Below are positions 54,209 to 63,816 of a stretch of 64,000 bases of DNA, piece after piece. Where the stretch lies: positions 5,152,001 through 5,216,000 of the forward strand of contig CAWDXG010000004.1 of NCBI GenBank assembly GCA_963806225.1, written 5' to 3'. The notes beneath the pieces are model-generated. The model saw only the letters and a list, made by a program, of their open reading frames with translations. It made no database searches and had not been told where the DNA came from. The translations under genes were made by a program, and so were the position numbers. How positions within the stretch are numbered: the first letter of the stretch is position 1; each line of letters starts with the position of its first letter. The DNA comes from an uncultured delta proteobacterium (GTDB lineage Bacteria > Myxococcota_A > Polyangia > Polyangiales > Polyangiaceae).

Positions 54209-55534
54209 GTGAGCATCCCGCGGTTATGGCTGCGTTTCGTGCACATCGCGCTGGTCTGCGTGGCAGCAGTCCTCGGCTACGCGATGCGCCGCATCCGACT
54301 TGGTGTGTCCTCCCCCGAGGTCGTCGAACGGCTGAGAGGCGAGGTACTCGCTCACCTGCTGCAGCGGCTCGGCGCCACCTTCGTCAAGTTCGGACAGATC
54401 CTTAGCACCCGTCCAGACCTGCTGCCGCCGGGATACGTCGAGGCGCTCGCGCGACTGCAGGATCGTGTTGCGCCTGCTCCGCTCGCCCGCGTCCAGGCGC
54501 TGCTTGAAGAAGAGCTCCCCGCCGAGCTCCGGGCCCGCATCGTTTCCATGGGGCAGCAGCCGATTGCCGCGGCATCGGTGGCGCAGGTCTATCGCGCCGA
54601 GCTCGACAACGGTCAGGTGATTGCGCTGAAACTGCAGCGTCCGGCCGCCGCCCTGCAGGTAGCGCGCGATCTGGCCATCTTGGGTTTCTGGGCGCGGCTG
54701 CTCGACCGCATCCCCGCGGTGCGCATGCTCAGCCTTCCCGGTGCCGTCGAGCGTTTCGGCGAAGCATTGCACAACCAGCTCGACTTCCGGCGTGAGGCCC
54801 GGAATAACCATCGCTTCCGCGACAACTTCGCGGAAGTCGACGGCGTGGACGTTCCGGAGCTGATCGAGGAGCTTTGCACGGGCCGGGTGCTGGCGATGGA
54901 GTTCATCGAGGGCGTCAAGGCGACCGAGCCCGAGAAGGTGGGAGGCGACCGCGCGAGACTGGCGCGCATTGGCGGCGAGACCGTGCTCAAGATGGTCTTT
55001 TCCGACGGCTTCGTGCACGCCGACCTGCACCCCGGCAACATCATCCTCACTCCCGACGATCGCGTGGTGCTCATCGATCTCGGCATGGTGACCGAGATCC
55101 CGAACGACATGCTGCGCCCCTGGGTGGAGACGTTCATGGCGCTTTCGCAGCAGGATGGCGCCAAGGCCGCGCGCATCTTCTACGGCTACGCGCCCAGCGT
55201 TGGCGACACCGACTACGCGGGCTTCGAGCGCGACGTGATCGAGAACCTCGGCGGCCTGTACGGCAAGAAGCTCGGCGAGGTCGAGGTGAGCGAGGCGGTC
55301 AGCGGCATGATGAACGTGCTGCGCAAGCACCATGTGCAGATCGACCCGACCTTCACCGTGGTGAACATCGCGATGCTGGTCGCCGAGGGCCTCGGCAAGC
55401 AGCTCGACCCTACGATCGACCTGATCGCGCTGGCCGCGCCGTATCTGGCCCGGGCCATGCTTGAAGCTCCGCCCGGTCGTGCACCCGTCCGCGAGCCACC
55501 TGCGCCGGCGTCGGGGCATGCCGCTCTCGCCTGA
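54209..55534 (+). CDS. ABC1/UbiB-family atypical kinase
   Basis: FVKFGQILSTRPD (KxGQ), IAAASVAQVY, LAMEF, HADLHPGN and IDLGM motifs. Confidence 0.9.
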   Translation: MSIPRLWLRFVHIALVCVAAVLGYAMRRIRLGVSSPEVVERLRGEVLAHLLQRLGATFVKFGQILSTRPDLLPPGYVEALARLQDRVAPAPLARVQALLEEELPAELRARIVSMGQQPIAAASVAQVYRAELDNGQVIALKLQRPAAALQVARDLAILGFWARLLDRIPAVRMLSLPGAVERFGEALHNQLDFRREARNNHRFRDNFAEVDGVDVPELIEELCTGRVLAMEFIEGVKATEPEKVGGDRARLARIGGETVLKMVFSDGFVHADLHPGNIILTPDDRVVLIDLGMVTEIPNDMLRPWVETFMALSQQDGAKAARIFYGYAPSVGDTDYAGFERDVIENLGGLYGKKLGEVEVSEAVSGMMNVLRKHHVQIDPTFTVVNIAMLVAEGLGKQLDPTIDLIALAAPYLARAMLEAPPGRAPVREPPAPASGHAALA

Positions 55535-55569
55535 TCCACCCCGCGGCGAGCATGATATTGTCCGCCGTC

Positions 55570-56364
55570 ATGATCCCCCGTTCGCTCCTCGCTCTGGTCC
55601 TGGCCGCCGCCTTCACCGTGGTTGGCTGTGACAATTCCCCCAAGCACGACGCTACCGCCAAGCCCAAGCCGTCCGCCACCGCGCCCCTGCCGACGCCGGA
55701 GCCGACCGCGGCCAAGCCGAAGCCCAAGCCGAAGCCGAAGAAGCGCACCCTGGCCGACTGCCCGAAGGGCAACAAGGTCGAGTTCGTCGACGACGCCGTC
55801 GAGAAGGAAGTGCGCCGCAAGCTCTCCAAGGACAAGGGCGACATCACGATTGCCGATCTCGGCAAGGTGCGCTCGCTCAACCTGTCGCAAGCGCACCTGG
55901 ATCAGCTCGACCCGTGCGTGTTCACCCACCTGAAGAACCTGCACGAGCTGTTCCTCGGTCCGAGCCAGGTGCTCGACGACCTGTCGCCGATTGCCGGGCT
56001 CAAGCACCTGGAGTCGCTCCGGGCCTCGCTCACCCAGATCAGCGACATCAAGCCGCTCGAGGGGCTCGTCCACATGGATCGACTGGACCTCGGCCATACG
56101 CAGGTCCGCGATCTGAAGCCGCTGGCCAAGCTCGAGGCGATCACCGAGCTCCAGCTCGACAACACGCCCGTCGAGGACCTCACGCCGCTGTCCAAGCTGA
56201 AGAAGCTGCAGCGCCTCAGCCTCAAGAACACGCGCGTCAAGGACTTCAGCCCGCTCAAGGATCTGAAGAGCCTCGAGTTCATCTACGTCGCCGGCACGCC
56301 CGCCACCGACATCAGCCCGCTGCTCCCGCTCAAGAAAGACGGTCTGAAGATCATCGACCGCTGA
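55570..56364 (+). CDS. Leucine-rich-repeat (internalin-like) lipoprotein
   Basis: Lipobox VVGC; 22-aa LRRs (LxxLxLxxTxVxDLxPLxxL). Confidence 0.88.
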   Translation: MIPRSLLALVLAAAFTVVGCDNSPKHDATAKPKPSATAPLPTPEPTAAKPKPKPKPKKRTLADCPKGNKVEFVDDAVEKEVRRKLSKDKGDITIADLGKVRSLNLSQAHLDQLDPCVFTHLKNLHELFLGPSQVLDDLSPIAGLKHLESLRASLTQISDIKPLEGLVHMDRLDLGHTQVRDLKPLAKLEAITELQLDNTPVEDLTPLSKLKKLQRLSLKNTRVKDFSPLKDLKSLEFIYVAGTPATDISPLLPLKKDGLKIIDR

Positions 56365-56367
56365 CGT

Positions 56368-57471
56368 TCAGCGCGGCTGGATGGCCGTGATGCCGACGCT
56401 CATGGCGCTGCGCACGATGACGGCGCGGCCAAAGGCCCAGAAGACGTAGCGCGTTGCGTTCGCGCGGATCTCGCGCTTCATGCCGCGTACGACGACCTCG
56501 TTCGTGTACCGGAGCGCGCGGACGAAGGGCGCGCCCTTGCTGGCGGCGATGCGGCCGTCCTCGGCGGCCACCTGGCCTTTGGGCGAGATGGCCCAGCGCG
56601 GAGGGTGCGCGGTGCTGGAACGAAGCGGCGTGGCGTGACCGAGGTTGTGGGGAAGCGTGTAGACCTGGCCGCGGACCTGGAGGACGGGCTCTCCTTGATC
56701 GAGCACGAGCCCGTATTCCCCGGCGCCGTAATCGATGCCGTCTTTGCTGTGGTGCGTGTAGGCCGCGCGCGTCCTCAGCTTCTTGTCCAGCCTGATCACG
56801 TGCAGCGCTGAGCGGTCGTGCATCGCGATGAAGATGTCGTTCTTGTGGACCCTGACGATCTGTTCCGGGCGATCGTATGCCGGAAAAATCATCTTCCCGT
56901 ACGGAATCACCCGGCGTGCGACGACGCGCTCGTGCGCAAGGTCGAGCGCTGTGATCCGCATGCCCGTCTGGCCTCGCCCCGCGACGACGGCGAGCGCGCC
57001 GTCCGCGGCGAGGTCGGCGTAGTCCACCTTCAGGTCCCAGCTCTTGTCCAGCTTGAAGGAGTCGTCGAGCAGCAGCAGCCGCGGATTGCCTCCGCCCTGG
57101 AGCGCGTCCGCCATCACCACGGCCACGTGACCGGCGCCGTGCGCGACGCGGATCTGGTTGTCGTCCGGCGGCGTGGGCAGCTTCACCGTCCTGAGCGCGC
57201 GGCCAGCGAACAGATCCCATTCCTCGAGCTGGGCGTGATTGTCCTTGTAGCAGCCGACCACGACGGTGCCCCAGCGGTGCGCTTTGCTCGGCGCAGCGAA
57301 GGGCGCGGCGTTGAGGTCCTCGGCGCGGCAGCCCTGCTGCTCGCCGTCGCGGACGAGCAGCGCCTTTGCCATCGGGATTGGCCTGGCTACGCCGATACGC
57401 GGCGAGAGCAGGAGCCCGACGGCGACAAACGTCAGGACGATGAGCGAGAGCAGCTTGACCGGGCGCGCCAT
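56368..57471 (-). CDS. Secreted hypothetical protein (candidate immunity protein)
   Basis: N-terminal signal peptide MARPVKLLSLIVLTFVAVGLL; starts 2 bp after the upstream NlpC/P60-like gene. Confidence 0.6.
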   Translation of the reverse strand: MARPVKLLSLIVLTFVAVGLLLSPRIGVARPIPMAKALLVRDGEQQGCRAEDLNAAPFAAPSKAHRWGTVVVGCYKDNHAQLEEWDLFAGRALRTVKLPTPPDDNQIRVAHGAGHVAVVMADALQGGGNPRLLLLDDSFKLDKSWDLKVDYADLAADGALAVVAGRGQTGMRITALDLAHERVVARRVIPYGKMIFPAYDRPEQIVRVHKNDIFIAMHDRSALHVIRLDKKLRTRAAYTHHSKDGIDYGAGEYGLVLDQGEPVLQVRGQVYTLPHNLGHATPLRSSTAHPPRWAISPKGQVAAEDGRIAASKGAPFVRALRYTNEVVVRGMKREIRANATRYVFWAFGRAVIVRSAMSVGITAIQPR

Positions 57472-57473
57472 GG

Positions 57474-58517
57474 TCAGTTCTCCGCCCGGGGCCGGTAGAT
57501 GCCCTGGAGGTCGTGGTCGTACGGACCCGGCTTGTCCGACGCGAAGGCGTGCCACTGGCCGCTGTCTCCCTCGATGAGGGTGGCCCACTTGCCGCTGCTC
57601 TCGTCGTAGGCCCACGTCTCGCGCTTGACCCCGCCCTGCTCGGGCACGCCGCCGGCGCCCCACGACGAGTCCACGCGGAACAGATCGATGCGCGCCTTCG
57701 CGCTGCTGCCGAGCCCGCGTTCGACGGCGCGGTGCAGCGCGCTGCCGGGCGCGAGCCGGTCGCGATCGTAGACGATGAGCTTGTGGCCGGTGCCGTCGGG
57801 GCCGTTGGTCAGAACCATGATGTCGCCGGCGCGCGCGTCGGCGGGCGAGACGCGCTGGAACGCGCCGGTGGGCATGTGCTGGACGTTCGAAGCGAGCGGG
57901 TTGCCAAGCGCGTACTTCGACGCCGCCGCCGAACCGTCCGGCCCGCTGCCACGCGAGTAGAGGAACGCGCGGTGCACGTAGCCCGAGCAGTCCATGCCGA
58001 CGCCGAAGTGCCACATCAGCTCGCGCACGGCCTGCTTCGGCGCCATCGACTTGTAGGCGTCGAAAGCGGGCGAGTCGATGAGCGCCTGCGTCAGCCGCTG
58101 CACCTCGCCTGGCGTGCCCTTGCCGGACACGACGGTGCCGACGATGGGGGCGAGCTCGCGGAAGCGCGACGGAGGCAGCGCCTGCGCGATGCGCCGGGTG
58201 TACGCCTGCGGCGCGAGCTGGTTCATGCCGCCGACCATGCGGAAGGCAGCGGGAACCCACACCTGCTTTCCGCCGACCTCGTACGGCCCGCCCATCTTCT
58301 GCATGAACTCGTTCAGCCGGTGGGCGATGCGGCGCTCGGCGGCGCTGGGCCCGACGATGCGGCCCGCGCTCGAGGCGCGTGCGGCCAGCGAGCGCGACGC
58401 TTCGGTCGTATGGACGGCGACCAGCCGGACGCCCGAGCGGCGCGCGTCGGCCTGCGGCGGATCGGGCTCTTGCGCAGGCGGGTGGACAGTGGGGCGGCGG
58501 AGCGCTTCGACGGTCAT
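57474..58517 (-). CDS. NlpC/P60-like papain-fold amidase, no signal peptide
   Basis: GMDCSGYVHRAF (Cys), AGDIMVL, GHKLIV (His) and DSSWG motifs. Confidence 0.7.
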   Translation of the reverse strand: MTVEALRRPTVHPPAQEPDPPQADARRSGVRLVAVHTTEASRSLAARASSAGRIVGPSAAERRIAHRLNEFMQKMGGPYEVGGKQVWVPAAFRMVGGMNQLAPQAYTRRIAQALPPSRFRELAPIVGTVVSGKGTPGEVQRLTQALIDSPAFDAYKSMAPKQAVRELMWHFGVGMDCSGYVHRAFLYSRGSGPDGSAAASKYALGNPLASNVQHMPTGAFQRVSPADARAGDIMVLTNGPDGTGHKLIVYDRDRLAPGSALHRAVERGLGSSAKARIDLFRVDSSWGAGGVPEQGGVKRETWAYDESSGKWATLIEGDSGQWHAFASDKPGPYDHDLQGIYRPRAEN

Positions 58518-58557
58518 GCGTCGCTATTCGGCCGCCCGCGCGCCGGGTTGCGCACAA

Positions 58558-59041
58558 ATGGGGCGCGGCGGTTCGCAGCCTGCACGCCGCGCGCATCTAG
58601 CTGCCAGCCTGGTCCTGGCGCTGGGTTGCTTCGCCGGCTGTTCTGGCTCCACCGCGAACAGCCCTCCTCCGGAGGCCGGGACCGGGGGGCAGCGGGGCTG
58701 CCGGGGGTTCCGGCGGTGGTACCGGCACCTCCGCGTGCGTGCACACCACGACCGACGACATCTTCCGTCACGACAGCGATACGTTGCCGACGGGCGCGTG
58801 CGCGGACGGTACGCCCGAGTGCGATCTCATCGTGCGTGATGCGTGCCCGTGCAACAGCCAGGTGCCGAGGAAGTCCTACACTTGCACCTGCGACGCTGGG
58901 ACGTGGCAGTGCAAGCTCACCTCGCAGGACGGTGGCATGTGCACGCCACCGTCCGACTGCGGCTGCAGGCCCAGCGAGGGGGGCATCGATGCCTGGAGCT
59001 GCGACGGTGGCGCGGCGGCGGCCGATGCGGGGGGCGGCTAG
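58558..59041 (+). CDS. Small Cys-rich lipoprotein (frameshift near 58690-58730)
   Basis: Lipobox FAGC plus Gly linker; CTCDAGTWQC module in ORF 58739-59041. Confidence 0.55.
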
Positions 59042-59078
59042 CGCGGCTCGGTTCCACGCCACGTGGTAGACTTCGTGC

Positions 59079-59468
59079 GTGGCGGATCCGCGACCGGTCA
59101 TCGAGGCATACCTGTCGGGCGAGGCCGGGTGTCTGGCGGCCTGGTTGTTCGGCAGCGAGGCGAGGGGAGCCGCCCGGGCGGACAGCGACGTGGACGTGGC
59201 GGTGCTGGTCGCCGGGGCGCCGCGCGGCAAGCTGGAGGATCTGCATCTGGACTGGGCAACCGTGCTCGAGGCGCGGCTCGGCCGCCCGGTGGACCTGGTG
59301 GTGATGAACGGTGCGCCGGTCGATCTCGTGCACCGCGTGCTCTCGGAAGGCGAGCTGGTGCTCGAGCGCGACCGCTCGGCGCGCGTCGCGTTCGAGGTGC
59401 GCGCGCGGCGCGAGTATTTCGATCTCGAGCCCCATCTGCGCCGCTACCGCCACCCCGCTGCGCCATGA
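59079..59468 (+). CDS. mntA: Minimal nucleotidyltransferase (MNT) antitoxin
   Basis: LFGSEARG...SDVDVAV and VDLV motifs. Confidence 0.88.
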   Translation: MADPRPVIEAYLSGEAGCLAAWLFGSEARGAARADSDVDVAVLVAGAPRGKLEDLHLDWATVLEARLGRPVDLVVMNGAPVDLVHRVLSEGELVLERDRSARVAFEVRARREYFDLEPHLRRYRHPAAP

Positions 59469-59878
59469 CCGACGAGGAGCTGATCGCGAAGAAGCTCGCG
59501 TCCATCGAGACGTACGTGAGCGAGCTCCGGCGCCTGGCGCGACCGGAGCTGGTCGAGAGCGACGTGCGGGAGGAGCGTTTCGTCGAGCATTCGCTGCAGC
59601 TCGCCGTCCAGGCCGCACTGGACGTCGCGTCGCACATCGTGTCGGACGAAAGGCTGGGCGAACCTGGCTCCAACGCCGAGCTGTTCACGCTGCTGGCACG
59701 CGCCGGATGGATCGATGACGACCTTGCCGCGGCGCTCCGCCGTGCCGCCGCGTTCCGCAACGTTCTCGTCCACGGCTACGCCGCCGTCGATCCGCGGATC
59801 GTGCGCGACGTGCTGGTGAACCGACTCGGGGATCTGGAAGACTTCGTGGCGCGGGTGCGGGCGCGCATCGCGGGGTAG
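59465..59878 (+). CDS. hepT: HEPN (DUF86) RNase toxin
   Basis: FRNVLVHGY (RxxxxH); ATGA overlap with the MNT gene. Confidence 0.88.
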   Translation: MTDEELIAKKLASIETYVSELRRLARPELVESDVREERFVEHSLQLAVQAALDVASHIVSDERLGEPGSNAELFTLLARAGWIDDDLAAALRRAAAFRNVLVHGYAAVDPRIVRDVLVNRLGDLEDFVARVRARIAG

Positions 59879-59958
59879 GGACCTCTCGCGCAGGCGCTGG
59901 CCGGCGGGACGTGGCGCGGCGTGGAGTGCCGGCCGGGCGAGCATGCGCTTGAGGGACC

Positions 59959-59990
59959 CGCCGCGCGCAGCGTAAGCGAGCAGTGCGGCG
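59959..59990. repeat. REP-like hairpin, second copy of the motif at 7669-7691
   Basis: CGCCGCGCGCAGCGTAAGCGAGCAGTGCGGCG. Confidence 0.5.
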
Positions 59991-60024
59991 CGCCGCGACG
60001 CCTCGCGACGGGGGAGCATCCCCG

Positions 60025-60930
60025 CTAGCGGACCACGAAGTACTTCACGCCGCGGTCGATATCGAAGTGGAAGTGGCTGTGGTGCGCCTTGTTGAAGTTC
60101 GGCGTCAGCATGTGCTGGAAGATGCCGGCGCGGGCCACGTCGCAGACGATGTTGCGCAGACGGATGGCGCCGGGCGTGGCTTCCACCGGGGCGGCGTCGG
60201 GGCCGCACACGGGGCGGCCGATGCCGCCGTGCCAGTCGTCTCCGACGCGCAGCGTGGTGCCGTCGCGGAACGTGAGGCCCATCAGGTCGATGGCGAGGCC
60301 GTAGGCGTGCTGGCTGTGCTTGTGCTTTCCCGGCAGGTGCGCGTGCGGACGGTAGAAGTTGTCGACGTAGACTGCGATGACGCCATGCTTCCACAGCACG
60401 CTGGCGAACGCGTCGAGCGCCAGGGCGAGCCGGCAGTCGAGCAGGCCGTAGGGGCTGGGTCGGCGCGGCGTGATGAACTTCACGTGGTGCAGGCGCCCCG
60501 CGATGCGTCGAGGGTTGGCGACGCCGGGCGACCCGATGCGCACGCCGCGGAGCGGCAGCCGCGCTTTTCGGAGCTGGGCGCGGCACTGCCCGGGCGACAG
60601 GTTGGCGTCGCGCATCGCTGGGCTCTTCTTCGGTAGCCACTTGTCCGGCAGCGGCGCCTGGAAGGGGTAGGGGGCGTGGGCCTCGTGCGCGTGCGACGCC
60701 GGCGGATCGGCGTCCGCGGCGGTTGCCGCTTCCAGGGCAGCGCCCGCGTCCAGGTCCCCGGTGTCGCCGCTCGGCCCCGCGTCGGGCTGTGCGCTCTGCG
60801 ACACCAGGATCGTCGCAGGCCTCGCGCGCGCTGGCGCGCCCGGAGCGAGCGACCGCGTCGGCGCCGGAGTGGTCCCGGCGCAGGCAGCGAGCAGAGTGCC
60901 GCCCAGCACAAGCCACCGACCGAAGCGCAT
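60025..60930 (-). CDS. Extensin-like C-terminal domain lipoprotein (LAS-type Zn peptidase fold)
   Basis: Lipobox LAAC; SQHAYGLAID and HHSHFHFD motifs. Confidence 0.8.
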   Translation of the reverse strand: MRFGRWLVLGGTLLAACAGTTPAPTRSLAPGAPARARPATILVSQSAQPDAGPSGDTGDLDAGAALEAATAADADPPASHAHEAHAPYPFQAPLPDKWLPKKSPAMRDANLSPGQCRAQLRKARLPLRGVRIGSPGVANPRRIAGRLHHVKFITPRRPSPYGLLDCRLALALDAFASVLWKHGVIAVYVDNFYRPHAHLPGKHKHSQHAYGLAIDLMGLTFRDGTTLRVGDDWHGGIGRPVCGPDAAPVEATPGAIRLRNIVCDVARAGIFQHMLTPNFNKAHHSHFHFDIDRGVKYFVVR

Positions 60931-60976
60931 CCGCCCACCGTAGCGAACACGCGGGCGACGCGCACGTCGCGCCGGA

Positions 60977-61201
60977 TCAGGTGCGCGTCATCAAGAAGCC
61001 GACCAGCGCGCCGTAGAGCGACGCGGTCCACCAGCGGGCGGTGATGGGGCAGGCGCCGGTGCTGCAGCCGACCACATAGTGGTAGGCCAGGCCGAGCGCC
61101 GCACCGATCACGAGGCCGAGCACGAGCTTCTTGTGGTTGGTACGGCCGGAATCCGGCGGCGTGTCCACGGGCCCGGCCTGGGGCTGTGCGGGGTGGGCCA
61201 C
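60977..61201 (-). CDS. Small membrane protein (DUF6132-like)
   Basis: Two TM helices flanking GCSTGACPIT. Confidence 0.7.
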   Translation of the reverse strand: MAHPAQPQAGPVDTPPDSGRTNHKKLVLGLVIGAALGLAYHYVVGCSTGACPITARWWTASLYGALVGFLMTRT

Positions 61202-61202
61202 G

Positions 61203-61427
61203 TCAATTCAGGCCGCAGGTGCCGCCGCCGCAGAAGCCGGTGCCGCAGCCGCCGCCGCTCCCCGGATCAAACGACGCGGACGAGCTGCTGCCGCCGATGG
61301 CGAACGCGGAGAGCTGCTTGTCGACGTCGGCACTGGCGCAGTCCGGGCAGCGGGCCTCGGACAGGTCCTTCACCAGATCCTCGAACTCTGTCCCACACTT
61401 GTTGCAGAGAAAGTCGTAGAGCTTCAT
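61203..61427 (-). CDS. FmdB-family zinc-ribbon protein
   Basis: YDFLCNKCG..FE...CPDC and Gly/Cys-rich tail. Confidence 0.85.
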   Translation of the reverse strand: MKLYDFLCNKCGTEFEDLVKDLSEARCPDCASADVDKQLSAFAIGGSSSSASFDPGSGGGCGTGFCGGGTCGLN

Positions 61428-61474
61428 GGTCCTCGGGCGGTTGGAGCCGGCTGGCGCCGGAAGGGTTCGCCGGA

Positions 61475-63382
61475 TCAGCTTGCCTGGTCGGCCTCTTTCT
61501 TCATTTCCAGCTCTTCCCAGCGCGCCATCAGCCGATCCACCTCGGCGCGTGTCGCGTCCAGGTCAGCGGTCGTCTGCTGGATGTCGGTGCCGCTGCCGGC
61601 GTAGCTGGCGGGGTCGCCGAGCACGGCCGTGAGCTCGCTGACCCGCGCCTCTGCCGCGGCGATGGCGTCGGGCAGCGTCTCCAGCTCGCGGGCTTCCGCG
61701 AAGCCGAGCGCCTTCTTCCTGCGCGGCGTCCGGAGCGGCGCCGCCGGCGCTTCGGCGGGCGGAGGTCCGGCGGCCTTTTCCGCCTGGGCGCGCAGGCGGC
61801 GGTACGTGTCGTAGTTGCCGGGATAGCGCGTCACCCGGCCGTCGCCCTCGAAGGCGAGGATCGCCGTTGCGACGCGGTCGAGGAACCAGCGGTCGTGCGT
61901 CACGACAATCGCGGTGATGGCGTAGTCGACCAGCATGCTCTCGAGCGCGCCGAGCGTTGCCACGTCGAGATCGTTCGTGGGCTCGTCGAGGATGACGAGG
62001 TTCGCCGATTGCCTGAGCAGCCGCGCGAGCGCCACGCGCGCCCGTTCCCCGCCGGAGAGCGAGCCGACGGGTTGCCGCTGTTTGTGCCCGCTGAAGCCGA
62101 AGCGCTCGAGGTACGTCCTGGGCTCGATCACCTGGCCGCCCAGCTCGATGCGCGACTGATCGCCGGTCACGTTGTCGAACACGGACATTTCATCTTCTAG
62201 CCCACTCCGACTCTGATCGAAATATGCGATGCGCGCGTTCCTGCCCACAACGACGCTGCCGGCGTCGGGTGCGCGCTCGCCCACGATCGCGCGGAGCAGC
62301 GTGGTCTTGCCGGTCCCGTTCCGGCCGACCACGCCGATGCGTTCGCCCTGCGTCACGAACAGGTCCAGATCGTGGACCAGCGTGCGGCCTTCGATCGAGA
62401 GGCCGAGCCCGCAGAGCTCGAGCACGGTCTTGCCGCTGCGGGCCACGTCCACTTCGAGCTTCACGGCCCGTTCCGTCTTCGGGGCCTTTACGGCCTTTGC
62501 CGCCTCCGCGCGTTCGATACGCGCCTTCTGCTTGGTGGTCCGCGCCTTGGGCTGGCGGCGCAGCCACTCGAGCTCGCCGCGCAGGAAGTTCTGCCGGTTC
62601 TGCTCCACGCGCTCGGCGTGCGCCAGTCGCTCGGCCTTCTGCTCCAGATACAGCTCGTAGCCGCCGTCGTAGGAGAACACGGCTCCGTCGGCCACCTCCA
62701 GCGTGCGGGTCGCAACGCGATCGAGCAGGTAGCGGTCGTGCGTGATGAGCAGCACGCCGCCCGTGTGCTCGTCGAGCAGGTACGACTCGAGCCATTCGAT
62801 GGTCCCGGCGTCCAGGTGGTTCGTGGGCTCGTCGAGGATGGCCAGGTCGGGGCGCGCGATCAGGATCCGCGCCAGCGCGACGCGACGCTGTTCACCGCCG
62901 CTCAGCGTCGAGATGTGCGCGTCGGTGCGCTCGACGCCGAGGTTTCCCAGCATGGACGCGACGCGGTGGCTCTGCTCCCAACCGCCGGCGCGCTCGACAG
63001 CCTCGGCGGCCTCGGTCTGTTCGGCGAGCAGCGCGTCGAGATCACCGGAGCCTTCGCCGAGGGCCCGGGCCGCCGCTTCGTGGCGTTCCACCGCCGTCTT
63101 CCACGCCGACAGTCCCGTGGATACCGCTTCCTCCGCAGTGGGATCGCCGTCGAAGCGCGGGACCTGGTCGAGGTACAGCACGGTCGCGCCGCGTCGCCGC
63201 GATAGCTCGCCGGCGTCGGGCGCCTCGATGCCCGCGACAATGCGCGCCAGCGTGCTCTTGCCCGCGCCGTTGCGGCCGACGACGCCCACCCGTTCGCCGC
63301 TCCTGAGCGTGACGTCGGCGTCGCCGAGCACCACGTGGGCGCCGTACGCTTTGTGCAGGTGCTTGGCCGCAACGATGGGCAC
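61475..63382 (-). CDS. uup: ABC-F family ATPase (Uup-like)
   Basis: Two ABC domains (GRNGAGKST, GRNGTGKTT, LSGGE twice), PKARTTKQKAR linker, C-terminal RWEELE coiled coil. Confidence 0.9.
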   Translation of the reverse strand: MPIVAAKHLHKAYGAHVVLGDADVTLRSGERVGVVGRNGAGKSTLARIVAGIEAPDAGELSRRRGATVLYLDQVPRFDGDPTAEEAVSTGLSAWKTAVERHEAAARALGEGSGDLDALLAEQTEAAEAVERAGGWEQSHRVASMLGNLGVERTDAHISTLSGGEQRRVALARILIARPDLAILDEPTNHLDAGTIEWLESYLLDEHTGGVLLITHDRYLLDRVATRTLEVADGAVFSYDGGYELYLEQKAERLAHAERVEQNRQNFLRGELEWLRRQPKARTTKQKARIERAEAAKAVKAPKTERAVKLEVDVARSGKTVLELCGLGLSIEGRTLVHDLDLFVTQGERIGVVGRNGTGKTTLLRAIVGERAPDAGSVVVGRNARIAYFDQSRSGLEDEMSVFDNVTGDQSRIELGGQVIEPRTYLERFGFSGHKQRQPVGSLSGGERARVALARLLRQSANLVILDEPTNDLDVATLGALESMLVDYAITAIVVTHDRWFLDRVATAILAFEGDGRVTRYPGNYDTYRRLRAQAEKAAGPPPAEAPAAPLRTPRRKKALGFAEARELETLPDAIAAAEARVSELTAVLGDPASYAGSGTDIQQTTADLDATRAEVDRLMARWEELEMKKEADQAS

Positions 63383-63439
63383 GGCGCGGACCCTAGCACC
63401 CCGGCGCGGCCCGCGTTTTCCGCCCGCGCGGACGCAGCC

Positions 63440-63803
63440 TCAGGGCCGCTTGTGGACCTTGGCGGGGATCCACTCAATCCAGCTCTCGATGTCGGAGGGC
63501 TGGAGAGCCGTGGCCAGGAGCGCGATGTTCCGTATCGCGGTGCCGACCGGCGTCCTGGGCAGGATGAAGATGAGTCCCGGGAAACGCTGCCGTGCGCTCC
63601 GCGCCGCGTCGGCCAGCTCCAGGGAAATCGGTGTCGGAGCTGACGATGACCCGCTTCAATTCCGAGACGTGCTCGAGCTGCAACGGCCGCGGAGCTCCAA
63701 TCAGCTCGTCGTGCAGCGCGGTCGTCACATCGATGCCGCGCCGGCCGAGGCCGCTTGCGATCCGGAAGTCGACGCCCTCATCGGCGTACAGACGAAGCGT
63801 CAT
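63440..63803 (-). CDS. DUF5615 PIN-like toxin (frameshift near 63623)
   Basis: RLYADEGV, GIDVTT and IVSSDTDF motifs; repaired frame continues ...FPGLIFI. Confidence 0.75.
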
Positions 63804-63816
63804 GGGCAGGTTCCGC

